Source: a virus
Taxonomy: Duplodnaviria > Caudoviricetes
Length of the DNA stretch: 24,605 nt
Strand: one strand, 5' to 3'
IMG/VR virus record: IMGVR_UViG_3300047546_001348
Location: 1-24,605 of that record
The notes beneath the pieces are model-generated. The model had not been told where the DNA came from, did no database searches, and worked only from the letters and a program-made list of their open reading frames with translations. A program made the position numbers and the translations under genes. How positions within the stretch are numbered: the stretch's first letter is position 1; every line of letters starts with the position of its first letter. This document shows, piece after piece, positions 8,765 through 16,558 of the stretch.

Positions 8765-10268
8765 AATAGTTATCTTAGGAGGAGGATCTGCGGGCTGGCT
8801 AACAGCATTGTTTATAAAGGCTAACTGGCCGGCTTGTGATGTTGTAGTTATTGAAGATCCAAATACGCCACCTATTATTGCTGGTGAAAGCGGATCTGCA
8901 TTACTTAATAAATTATATAACTTTTTAGGCATTAATTTTGACGAGTGGATCAAGGCAACAAATGCCATGCCTAAGCTAGGAGGCAAGTTTACAAATTGGA
9001 ACGGTGTTGGTACAGACTACGTTCACGGTTTAATACCGGATTGGTATAAATTGCAATATGATGCAGAGTTTCCTGAGTTTGGAAAAAATAACGACTATGT
9101 GGCTTGTGCTATTGTTGAAGGAATAAAACAAGAAAATATCTACTACAACGGCCGTTTGCAACGAATAAACAAACTTCCAATAACAGCATCTGGTGACAAT
9201 TCTCTTAAATTTAATTTGTTAACTATGCCAATGTGGCATTTTGACAGTAGGGCTAATGCTGATTTTTTAAAAAAGTTAGGATTAAAACGAGGTATTTCTC
9301 TTATTGAAGGAAGATATCTAGAATCAGTTAGATTAAAAACAGGCGGTATAGCAAGTCTTAAATTAGACCACGACAGGGTTGTTGTTGGCGACTGGTTCAT
9401 TGACTGTTCAGGGTTTGCTAGACTGTTATTGCACAAAGTAATAGGCGAGCCGGTTGTTGATTTAACAAAATATTTTCCTGCAAGACAAGTAGTTGCTTGG
9501 TGGGAAGATAATCCAAAATTAATTAATTATACTAACATTGAAGCCATGAAATATGGATGGAAATGGGGTATAAATTTAAAACATCGTTCTGGGAACGGTT
9601 ATATCTTCGATCCTGATTTAATTTCTGTTGATACAGCTATTCAAGAAATAGAACAATCTGTTGGTAAAAAAATTGAACCTGTTGCTAATTTAAAATTTAC
9701 ACCAGCGCAGTTAGAAAATTCCTGGCGTGAAAATGTTATAGCAATTGGCCTTAGTTCTGGATTTTTAGAACCGTTAGAATCTAATGGTTTAATTGTTGTT
9801 GTGGCACAACTAGAACATTTAAGTGAGTATTGGTCTCCTAATATGGAACACAATTCCATAACACAGCGATTATTTAATCAAGATTTTTTGAATAGGATGA
9901 ATGATATTAGAGACTTCCTCGCTATGCACTATCGAGGTCACAGAAGAGATACTGAATTTTGGCAACAACATGCCAGGGATAAAACAAGAATTCCTGACAG
10001 TCTGCAACATCGCCTTGACTTATTTTCTGAGGGATTTTTGGGATTAGGTAACACTCCAAGTTACGGATTTGAAAGCTATACCGTAGTTGCACAGGCACTG
10101 GATTTAATCAATGTGGAAAAATTAAAGAACCGTTTGTTGTCAAAACGCCCAAATATACTCGAAGATTTTAAAAGACATTACTCCGTTTTGTCAAAAGAAA
10201 TTGATAATATCTGTGATGTGTGTTATACTGTAGAACAGTGGAGAAATATAGTTTATGGACAAGATTGA
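8757..10268 (+). CDS. Tryptophan-halogenase-family flavoprotein 2
   Basis: GGGSAG, AGES, AMPKLGGKF.NW, HFD, DCSGF, WKWGIN, GNGY, FLEPLESNGL, R.DTEFW. Confidence 0.92.
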   Translation: MNKIVILGGGSAGWLTALFIKANWPACDVVVIEDPNTPPIIAGESGSALLNKLYNFLGINFDEWIKATNAMPKLGGKFTNWNGVGTDYVHGLIPDWYKLQYDAEFPEFGKNNDYVACAIVEGIKQENIYYNGRLQRINKLPITASGDNSLKFNLLTMPMWHFDSRANADFLKKLGLKRGISLIEGRYLESVRLKTGGIASLKLDHDRVVVGDWFIDCSGFARLLLHKVIGEPVVDLTKYFPARQVVAWWEDNPKLINYTNIEAMKYGWKWGINLKHRSGNGYIFDPDLISVDTAIQEIEQSVGKKIEPVANLKFTPAQLENSWRENVIAIGLSSGFLEPLESNGLIVVVAQLEHLSEYWSPNMEHNSITQRLFNQDFLNRMNDIRDFLAMHYRGHRRDTEFWQQHARDKTRIPDSLQHRLDLFSEGFLGLGNTPSYGFESYTVVAQALDLINVEKLKNRLLSKRPNILEDFKRHYSVLSKEIDNICDVCYTVEQWRNIVYGQD

Positions 10269-11781
10269 CACAATGATAGTCCTCGGGGGAGGAACAAGTG
10301 GGATGATTACCGCGTTAATGATGAAAACTCAATACCCAGATAAAGATATTAGGGTTATTGAAAGTTCTGCTGTTGGAATTATTGGAGTAGGAGAAGGTGC
10401 AACTGAGCACTGGCATCATTTTTGTGATTTTATAGGTATACCTTTAGAAGAAACACTAGCCGAATGCGGCGCTACTTTAAAGGCAGGAATAAAATTCAGC
10501 AACTGGGGAGTACCTGATTATTATCATGCAACTTGTGAACCTTATTCTCAAGCTGCAGGAGATTATCTTGCTGTGTATGCTCTTATGATTAGCCAAGGTG
10601 CTAGTCCTATTGATATTATTTTTGATAGACGATGTGTTAACAATGAAATACCAGTTGGTTGGTTAGAAGGTACAGCAGCATGTCCTGTAAATCAATTTCA
10701 TTTTAATACATTCAGTACCAACGACTACCTACATAAACTTTGTAAAAATAGAAATATACCTGTAATTGATGATAAAATCACTGATGTAGAACTAACTGAT
10801 GACGGTTATATTAAAACTCTTCACGGAGGCAACGATTCATATTCAGCAGATTTTTTTATCGATTGTTCAGGATTTTCAAAATTATTAATCAGCAAATTAG
10901 GTGCAAAGTGGGTTAGTTACAAAGATCACTTATGGTTGAATAGTGCTATTGCCTTTCCAACCGAAGACACCGATGAATATCCTGTATGTACCCAAGCAAC
11001 TGCATTAGATTACGGATGGATGTGGAACACTCCTGTTAGAGGAAGATGGGGAAATGGTTACGTATTTTGCGACAAGTACATTGATTTTGATCAAGCACAA
11101 GCAGAAGTAGAGCGTGTATTAGGTAAAAAAGTTAATATTGCTAAAAAGATTAAATTTGAAGCAGGCAAGTTAGATAAAGCCTGGATTAAAAATTGTGCCA
11201 GCATTGGGCTTTGTTCTAGCTTTGTGGAGCCGCTCGAAAGCTCTGCTATTAGTCAAACAGTTCTACAGGCATTTTTAATTACAAACTTATTACCTTGTTG
11301 GCTTAACAATAATGAAGAAATAGCAGAAATTTACAATGACAAGTGTGATAACTTGTGTGAAAACATCTTAGATTTTATTGCTGTACACTATGTTAGTCCG
11401 CGAGAAGATACAGCCTTTTGGAGGGATCTTAAAGATAATCGTGAACAATGGATGCCGCAATCGTTAAAAACAAAACTGGCCAAGTGGGAAAAACGATTGC
11501 CTATGGTGGTTGATTTTAATAAGCAATACAGTTTATTTGCTGCGTCTAATTGGATAGTTACACTACACGGAATGCAACTAATAAAACGAGAAAATGTTGA
11601 AAGAGAAGTATCTATGTTATCGCCGTACATTAAGATTCGATCTCAAGAAATTATCGATGTGAATAAAAAACTAGAACAAGAACTAGTACACATGCCTCAT
11701 AAGAAAATTCTAGAATTGTTTTTAGAAAAATATAAAGAACATATGGAAAAAATTCAAGGATTTCAAAATGTTCATCAATAA
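10255..11781 (+). CDS. Tryptophan-halogenase-family flavoprotein 3
   Basis: GGGTSG, GVGEGA, ATLKAGIKF.NW, HFN, DCSGF, WMWNTP, GNGYVF, FVEPLESSAI, REDTAFW. Confidence 0.93.
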   Translation: MDKIDTMIVLGGGTSGMITALMMKTQYPDKDIRVIESSAVGIIGVGEGATEHWHHFCDFIGIPLEETLAECGATLKAGIKFSNWGVPDYYHATCEPYSQAAGDYLAVYALMISQGASPIDIIFDRRCVNNEIPVGWLEGTAACPVNQFHFNTFSTNDYLHKLCKNRNIPVIDDKITDVELTDDGYIKTLHGGNDSYSADFFIDCSGFSKLLISKLGAKWVSYKDHLWLNSAIAFPTEDTDEYPVCTQATALDYGWMWNTPVRGRWGNGYVFCDKYIDFDQAQAEVERVLGKKVNIAKKIKFEAGKLDKAWIKNCASIGLCSSFVEPLESSAISQTVLQAFLITNLLPCWLNNNEEIAEIYNDKCDNLCENILDFIAVHYVSPREDTAFWRDLKDNREQWMPQSLKTKLAKWEKRLPMVVDFNKQYSLFAASNWIVTLHGMQLIKRENVEREVSMLSPYIKIRSQEIIDVNKKLEQELVHMPHKKILELFLEKYKEHMEKIQGFQNVHQ

Positions 11782-12391
11782 TTTAAATTTGTTTCCCATA
11801 CTAGTTCAAAAATACAAAATTGAACCTTCACAAGAGGAATATCAAGTGTTTGATACATACCTCAATGCCCTGTTTAATAGAGCAACCGAAGATGCGTGGG
11901 CATTAGAAACTGGGAAATCAACAGGCGAATACAATCTATTTTTACACGAACGACCCGAATCGCAATGGTTAATGCCCAAAGTGTTTGAATGTGTATATCA
12001 CTACTGGAGCGCCTTACATTACAGGACCGGTGCCAAAATTGAATGCACAAGTGCATGGGCTAATTCTCATAAATTTGGACAGGTAACCGGCGAACACAGT
12101 CATTGCGGTGGTGCAGTTAGAGCACACATATCTGCTGCTTATTATTTTAAAAAACCAGCATTATCCGGAAATATAGAATTTGTAGATCCACTAGAATATA
12201 TACATAAAATGACGCCAATACATGAGTATAGCGAATATACTCCTGTTGGCATTTCTCACATGTATACGGAAGTAGATGCATCGCAATTTGAGTTAGTTTT
12301 ATTCCCAAGTTGGTTAAAACACAGAACTCAAACTAGTCAAACAAACGATGAACGAGTTTGTGTGAGCATGAATTTTATAGGGCATTATTAA
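11768..12391 (+). CDS. Putative 2OG-Fe(II) oxygenase, TIGR02466-like (HxH)
   Basis: LFP at the N-terminus, SAWAN, EHSH, ISAAYY, GNIEFVDP, LVLFPSWLKH, R...SMNF. Confidence 0.87.
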   Translation: MFINNLNLFPILVQKYKIEPSQEEYQVFDTYLNALFNRATEDAWALETGKSTGEYNLFLHERPESQWLMPKVFECVYHYWSALHYRTGAKIECTSAWANSHKFGQVTGEHSHCGGAVRAHISAAYYFKKPALSGNIEFVDPLEYIHKMTPIHEYSEYTPVGISHMYTEVDASQFELVLFPSWLKHRTQTSQTNDERVCVSMNFIGHY

Positions 12392-13965
12392 TGAAAACAG
12401 ATAAAATTGTTGTTGTAGGAGGCGGAAGTGCCGGTTGGATGACTGCTGCAACACTAATAAAGAATTTTCCAAATAAAAAGATTTGTGTAATTGAAAGTAA
12501 AGACGTCCCAATAGTCGGTGTTGGAGAAAGTACGTTAGGTCAAATAAACGAATGGCTATATACGCTAGGCATCAATGAAGACGATTTTATGAAAGATTGT
12601 GATGCTAGTTTAAAATTAAGTATTAAATTTACTGACTGGGGCGGCAAAGGAACTGGTGCATTTCATTACCCGTTCGGTGATCCTTGGGCAGTAGGAACTA
12701 AGTTTGGGCTAAATGACTGGTTTATAAAGAAAACCATGTATCCCGATACACCAACATCTGATTTTGTAGATTGTTTTTATCCTGCAATGCCCTTGGTTTA
12801 TCAGAATAAAGTAATTAAAAATGAAAACAATGAACTTCCTGGATTTAGATATCTCAGTGACGTTGCTTATCACTTTGATGCTACAAAATTTGGTGCATGG
12901 TTACGAGACAAGTTTTGTATTCCTAGAGGTGTCAAACACATTGTTGGTACAATAAAAGAAGAAATTACTACGGACGACACTGGTGTTCAATATTTAGAAC
13001 TAACCACAGGCGAAAAAATAACAGCAGATTTATATATTGACTGTACTGGTTGGAAGAGTTTATTGTTAAAATCATTAAATGTTCCTTTTGAAAGTTATGC
13101 AGATATTTTACCTAATAATGCTGCTTGGGCAACTAGGGTTCCATATACAGATAAGATCAAAGAACTCGAAGGTTATACAAATTGCACCGCAATTCAAAAT
13201 GGGTGGGTTTGGAATATACCTTTATGGTCGCGCATTGGCACTGGCTATGTTTTTAGCGACAAATATATTTCTAAAGAAGATGCTCTTGAAGAATTTAAAG
13301 ATTACTTGAAAAATGATAGGGAAGTTCGTATACCCGAAGAAGTAGTTGATAAATTGGAGTTTAAATTTATTTCAATGAGGATAGGAATTCACGATGAACT
13401 ATTCCATAAAAATGTCTGTGCAATTGGATTATCTGCAGGATTCATCGAACCTTTAGAATCAAATGGATTATTAAGTGTTCATGAATTTTTACATCATTTA
13501 GTTAAAACACTATCTAGAGATAATATTGCTTATTTAGACAAAGCAGGATTTAACATTGCCTGCAAAGCCTACTTTAGATCTTTTGCTGAGTTTGTTAGCG
13601 TTCACTATTTGTTAAATCAAAGAGAAGATACTGTGTATTGGAAAGAAGCAAAAGAAAGACGCTTTAAAACAAAACACGATCCTGGTGAATATATGAATTT
13701 TGGATTTGAAAATTTAATTTATCACAGAGATGTAATTTCAAGTTTTGAAAATAGAATGGGTGGCTCTATTTGTATTGCTGTAGGATTGAATTATTTTCCG
13801 ATATCTAAAGCAAATGTCTTAAGAGCTGAATATAAAACAGGAAAATCCTTAAATTTTGTAAACGATGCGTTCGATGTGTGGGAAGCTAATAAGGATCATT
13901 GGAATAAAGTTGCTGAATCTGCACCAACAATATACGAATTTTTAAAAGAAAAATACGGCGAATAA
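12391..13965 (+). CDS. Tryptophan-halogenase-family flavoprotein 4
   Basis: Start reassigned from 12358 to ATG 12391 (TAATG overlap; MKTDKIVVVGGGSAG). Motifs GVGEST, ASLKLSIKF.DW, FHYPFG, AYHFDA, DCTG, WVWNIP, GTGYVF, FIEPLESNGL make it the most canonical of the four. Confidence 0.95.
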   Translation: MKTDKIVVVGGGSAGWMTAATLIKNFPNKKICVIESKDVPIVGVGESTLGQINEWLYTLGINEDDFMKDCDASLKLSIKFTDWGGKGTGAFHYPFGDPWAVGTKFGLNDWFIKKTMYPDTPTSDFVDCFYPAMPLVYQNKVIKNENNELPGFRYLSDVAYHFDATKFGAWLRDKFCIPRGVKHIVGTIKEEITTDDTGVQYLELTTGEKITADLYIDCTGWKSLLLKSLNVPFESYADILPNNAAWATRVPYTDKIKELEGYTNCTAIQNGWVWNIPLWSRIGTGYVFSDKYISKEDALEEFKDYLKNDREVRIPEEVVDKLEFKFISMRIGIHDELFHKNVCAIGLSAGFIEPLESNGLLSVHEFLHHLVKTLSRDNIAYLDKAGFNIACKAYFRSFAEFVSVHYLLNQREDTVYWKEAKERRFKTKHDPGEYMNFGFENLIYHRDVISSFENRMGGSICIAVGLNYFPISKANVLRAEYKTGKSLNFVNDAFDVWEANKDHWNKVAESAPTIYEFLKEKYGE

Positions 13966-13966
13966 T

Positions 13967-14710
13967 ATGTGGTTTAAGAAAAAAGAGCAACCTGTTATTG
14001 AATTTAGTTGTAGAGAATGGCCTATTAGAAAATATGCGCCAATTATGCCGGCAAGTCATTTTTTACCAGAAGAATTTAAAAATTTAGACCCTGGACAAAT
14101 TTGTCCGTTTGATCCTTTTCATAACGCATCTTTATTAACTGCTAGAATCTGTCCTGCATTAAATCAATATATGGGTGCTGGATACATTATACCTGCTTGG
14201 CAAGATATGGAAATTATTTTTGGCGAGCAAGGTTCGTGGCACATGAAATTTTCTAATCCTGACTATGGTAACGGCATGCATCCGGAAGAACAATTTCCTG
14301 GAATGATAGAACGATTTGAACATAGGACTGCTGTAAAATTACTTAGTCCTTGGAGTATTAGAACTAAGCCAGGTTATAGTGTCATGTGGTTGCCTTTATT
14401 TTATCATAATCATAATTATCAAGCATTGCCTGCTGTTTTAGATTGTGATACTATCCCAAACGAAATGCCTATTAATATAATGTTTCTTGAAAGAAAAAAC
14501 ACTTTAATTAAACTAGGTGATCCGTTAGTTCAAATCATACCTTTTAAAAGAGAGAATGTTTCGGCAGTAAGCAGAGAATATACGGAAACAGACTTTAAAC
14601 GTTGGAAATCACTACACGGTTTAAGATTGCTGACAAGATTCAGCTGGAGACCGTTTATAAAAAATAAGATCAAGTATACTTTAGACAAGAGAGATACTGA
14701 ATTAGAATGA
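13967..14710 (+). CDS. Conserved phage protein with CPA motif (DUF6065-like, possibly dUTPase-like beta fold)
   Basis: TARICPAL..Y...GYIIPAW.D, K..SPW.I.T.PGYS, LPAVLD.D, IKLGDPLVQIIPFKRE. The final G.PL.Q motif recalls trimeric dUTPase-fold proteins. Confidence 0.62.
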   Translation: MWFKKKEQPVIEFSCREWPIRKYAPIMPASHFLPEEFKNLDPGQICPFDPFHNASLLTARICPALNQYMGAGYIIPAWQDMEIIFGEQGSWHMKFSNPDYGNGMHPEEQFPGMIERFEHRTAVKLLSPWSIRTKPGYSVMWLPLFYHNHNYQALPAVLDCDTIPNEMPINIMFLERKNTLIKLGDPLVQIIPFKRENVSAVSREYTETDFKRWKSLHGLRLLTRFSWRPFIKNKIKYTLDKRDTELE

Positions 14711-15279
14711 TTGAAGATATCGTAATTATTGAAAATGTAATTCCAAAAGCCTATCAAGATGCAATTGAACATAATTTGTTAGGTGAAATGATGTCGTCTT
14801 GGTTATTACTTAATGATATTAGTTACGGTAGTGAAAATCCCTTGAGTACGCACAATCCTGGGTTAGTGCATCCAATAAAGGTTGACGGGCAAATAAAAAG
14901 CCCGCTGTTTAATTTTTTATTACCTTTAATATTTTTTAGTTTAGATAAAATTGACTATAGGTATAAAGATACTTTTATGGCAAGAAGTTTTTTACAGTAT
15001 CCTAAAGAAAGAGCTGTTGCAAATAATCCTCATACAGATCTAACGTTTCCGCATTTAGTTTGCCTATACTATGTAAATGATTCAGACGGTGATACTGTCA
15101 TTTATAACGAAACATTAGATGATACATTGCCTGAAGAAGTAAGTAAAACAAATTTTACAGTTAAAAAAAGAATACAACCAGAAAAAGGTAAGGTTGTTTT
15201 ATTTGATGGTAAGTACTACCACAGCAGTAGTAACCCAACTGTTAATCGACGTTGTGTTATCAATTTTGATGTGGTTTAA
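14707..15279 (+). CDS. 2OG-Fe(II) oxygenase (T4-like phage type)
   Basis: PHTD...H.V.LYYVNDSDGDT, P.KG.VVLFDG.YYHSS..P, R.VINF. Confidence 0.88.
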   Translation: MIEDIVIIENVIPKAYQDAIEHNLLGEMMSSWLLLNDISYGSENPLSTHNPGLVHPIKVDGQIKSPLFNFLLPLIFFSLDKIDYRYKDTFMARSFLQYPKERAVANNPHTDLTFPHLVCLYYVNDSDGDTVIYNETLDDTLPEEVSKTNFTVKKRIQPEKGKVVLFDGKYYHSSSNPTVNRRCVINFDVV

Positions 15280-15281
15280 TT

Positions 15282-15968
15282 ATGTTAGATAGAGATGAAA
15301 TTATTGTAATTGATGATGTGTTTGGTCCGCAAGTTCAAGACACAATATACAATTGGTTAATAGCCAACGACAGTCCTTGGTTTTTCAGCAAAGATATTGC
15401 GTTTGCAGACGATGTAATTAAACGAGGCAATCATGTATCTAAATATGGATTTAGTAAAACATTTTTTAGTTTAGCAACTCAAGCACAAACACCGCTGTTC
15501 AATACAATTTTTCCGTTAATTTTAGAGGCCTGTGATAAAATTGATTTTGTAGTTGAACAAACTTTATTTTCTCGAAGTTTTTTAACTACTCCTATACCAA
15601 ATACTGATAGTAAATTTGATCATATACACGTAGATTTGATAGAGCCTCATTTAGTTAGTTTATACTATGTAAATGATGCAGACGGTGATACTGTATTTTT
15701 TGACAAATGTATAAATGATTATTTAGATAGACCTGATATTGTACAGGCTTTAGAAAACATAAATTTTTCAATGCCTGGTCCAGGAGCACTAGAAATTGTT
15801 GATAGTATGATCGACAAATCAGAATTTAAAATTTACAAAACAATAACACCTAAAAAAGGCAGGATGGTCTTTTTTAATGGATACAGATATCATACATCAA
15901 CGAGACCATCTAACGGTCATAGAATTGTTATTAATAACAATTTAAAAGGTTTTTTTCGAAATAGATGA
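15282..15968 (+). CDS. 2OG-Fe(II) oxygenase, tandem paralog of 14707-15279
   Basis: HVD..PH.V.LYYVNDADGDT, PKKG.MVFFNG.RYHTS..P, RIVIN. It carries an extra ~30 aa insert after GDTVFF. Confidence 0.88.
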   Translation: MLDRDEIIVIDDVFGPQVQDTIYNWLIANDSPWFFSKDIAFADDVIKRGNHVSKYGFSKTFFSLATQAQTPLFNTIFPLILEACDKIDFVVEQTLFSRSFLTTPIPNTDSKFDHIHVDLIEPHLVSLYYVNDADGDTVFFDKCINDYLDRPDIVQALENINFSMPGPGALEIVDSMIDKSEFKIYKTITPKKGRMVFFNGYRYHTSTRPSNGHRIVINNNLKGFFRNR

Positions 15969-16558
15969 TTAATACTAATGCTAGAATTGACACTTTGGGG
16001 TCTGTACCTATTGGACATTTAGTTTGGGAAGATTTTTATCAATACCAAAATTTGTTAGTTAACACTTGTTTGGAATCAGAAAAACCAAATACTGTTGAAT
16101 CTGGCGTTGGAACACAAATTAAAAATAACTTGTGGGAATCAGAATTTAACTTTTTAGAACAAAAACAAGAATTAAATCCATTAAAAACTTGGATGGAAAT
16201 TGCTACAGCAGATTTTGTAAACTATATTAATAAAACAAACTATAAAATATTAATTACAGAAAGTTGGGCTCATGTAACTCGGCCTGGCGGATTTCACGGT
16301 CCGCATAGACATACACTTTCTGCTTGGAGTGGAATTTTTTATGTTTATGCGGACGACGAGTCTACTGGAGTTAATTGGTTTTTCAACCACTTCTCGTTGC
16401 CGCCGATTAAAGGATATGAGTTTTTTAGTGAGCAGTATAAGGTAAATTTTTGTGCTGGTAAACTCGTAATTTTCCCAAGTACAATGCTGCATTATGCAGA
16501 ACCATACTTGGGAAAAGATAAAAGAATAGTTATTGCTTTTAATTCAACAGTTATTTAA
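15965..16558 (+). CDS. Putative 2OG-Fe(II) oxygenase, TIGR02466-like (HxH)
   Basis: ESWAH...GGFH.PHRH...WSGIFYV, GKLVIFPS.MLHY..PY.G..RIVIAFN. Confidence 0.87.
   Translation: MINTNARIDTLGSVPIGHLVWEDFYQYQNLLVNTCLESEKPNTVESGVGTQIKNNLWESEFNFLEQKQELNPLKTWMEIATADFVNYINKTNYKILITESWAHVTRPGGFHGPHRHTLSAWSGIFYVYADDESTGVNWFFNHFSLPPIKGYEFFSEQYKVNFCAGKLVIFPSTMLHYAEPYLGKDKRIVIAFNSTVI

Noticed and set aside
12358-12390. Track start at 12358
   Set aside because: ATG 12391 overlaps the upstream stop and places GxGxxG near the N-terminus, as in the paralogs.
2001-16558. Oxygenases as SyrB2/WelO5-type Fe/2OG halogenases or TET/JBP DNA modifiers
   Set aside because: No HxA/HxG replacement of the acidic ligand is seen, no TET/JBP-like context is recognisable, and there are no DNA-modification partner genes in the window. 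This is not fully excluded without profile searches.
2001-16558. Bacterial secondary-metabolite gene cluster (e.g. pyrrolnitrin prn)
   Set aside because: It is flanked by phage virion genes, and there are no prnB/C/D-like genes, scaffold synthases, transporters or regulators. The prnA symbol was therefore not assigned.
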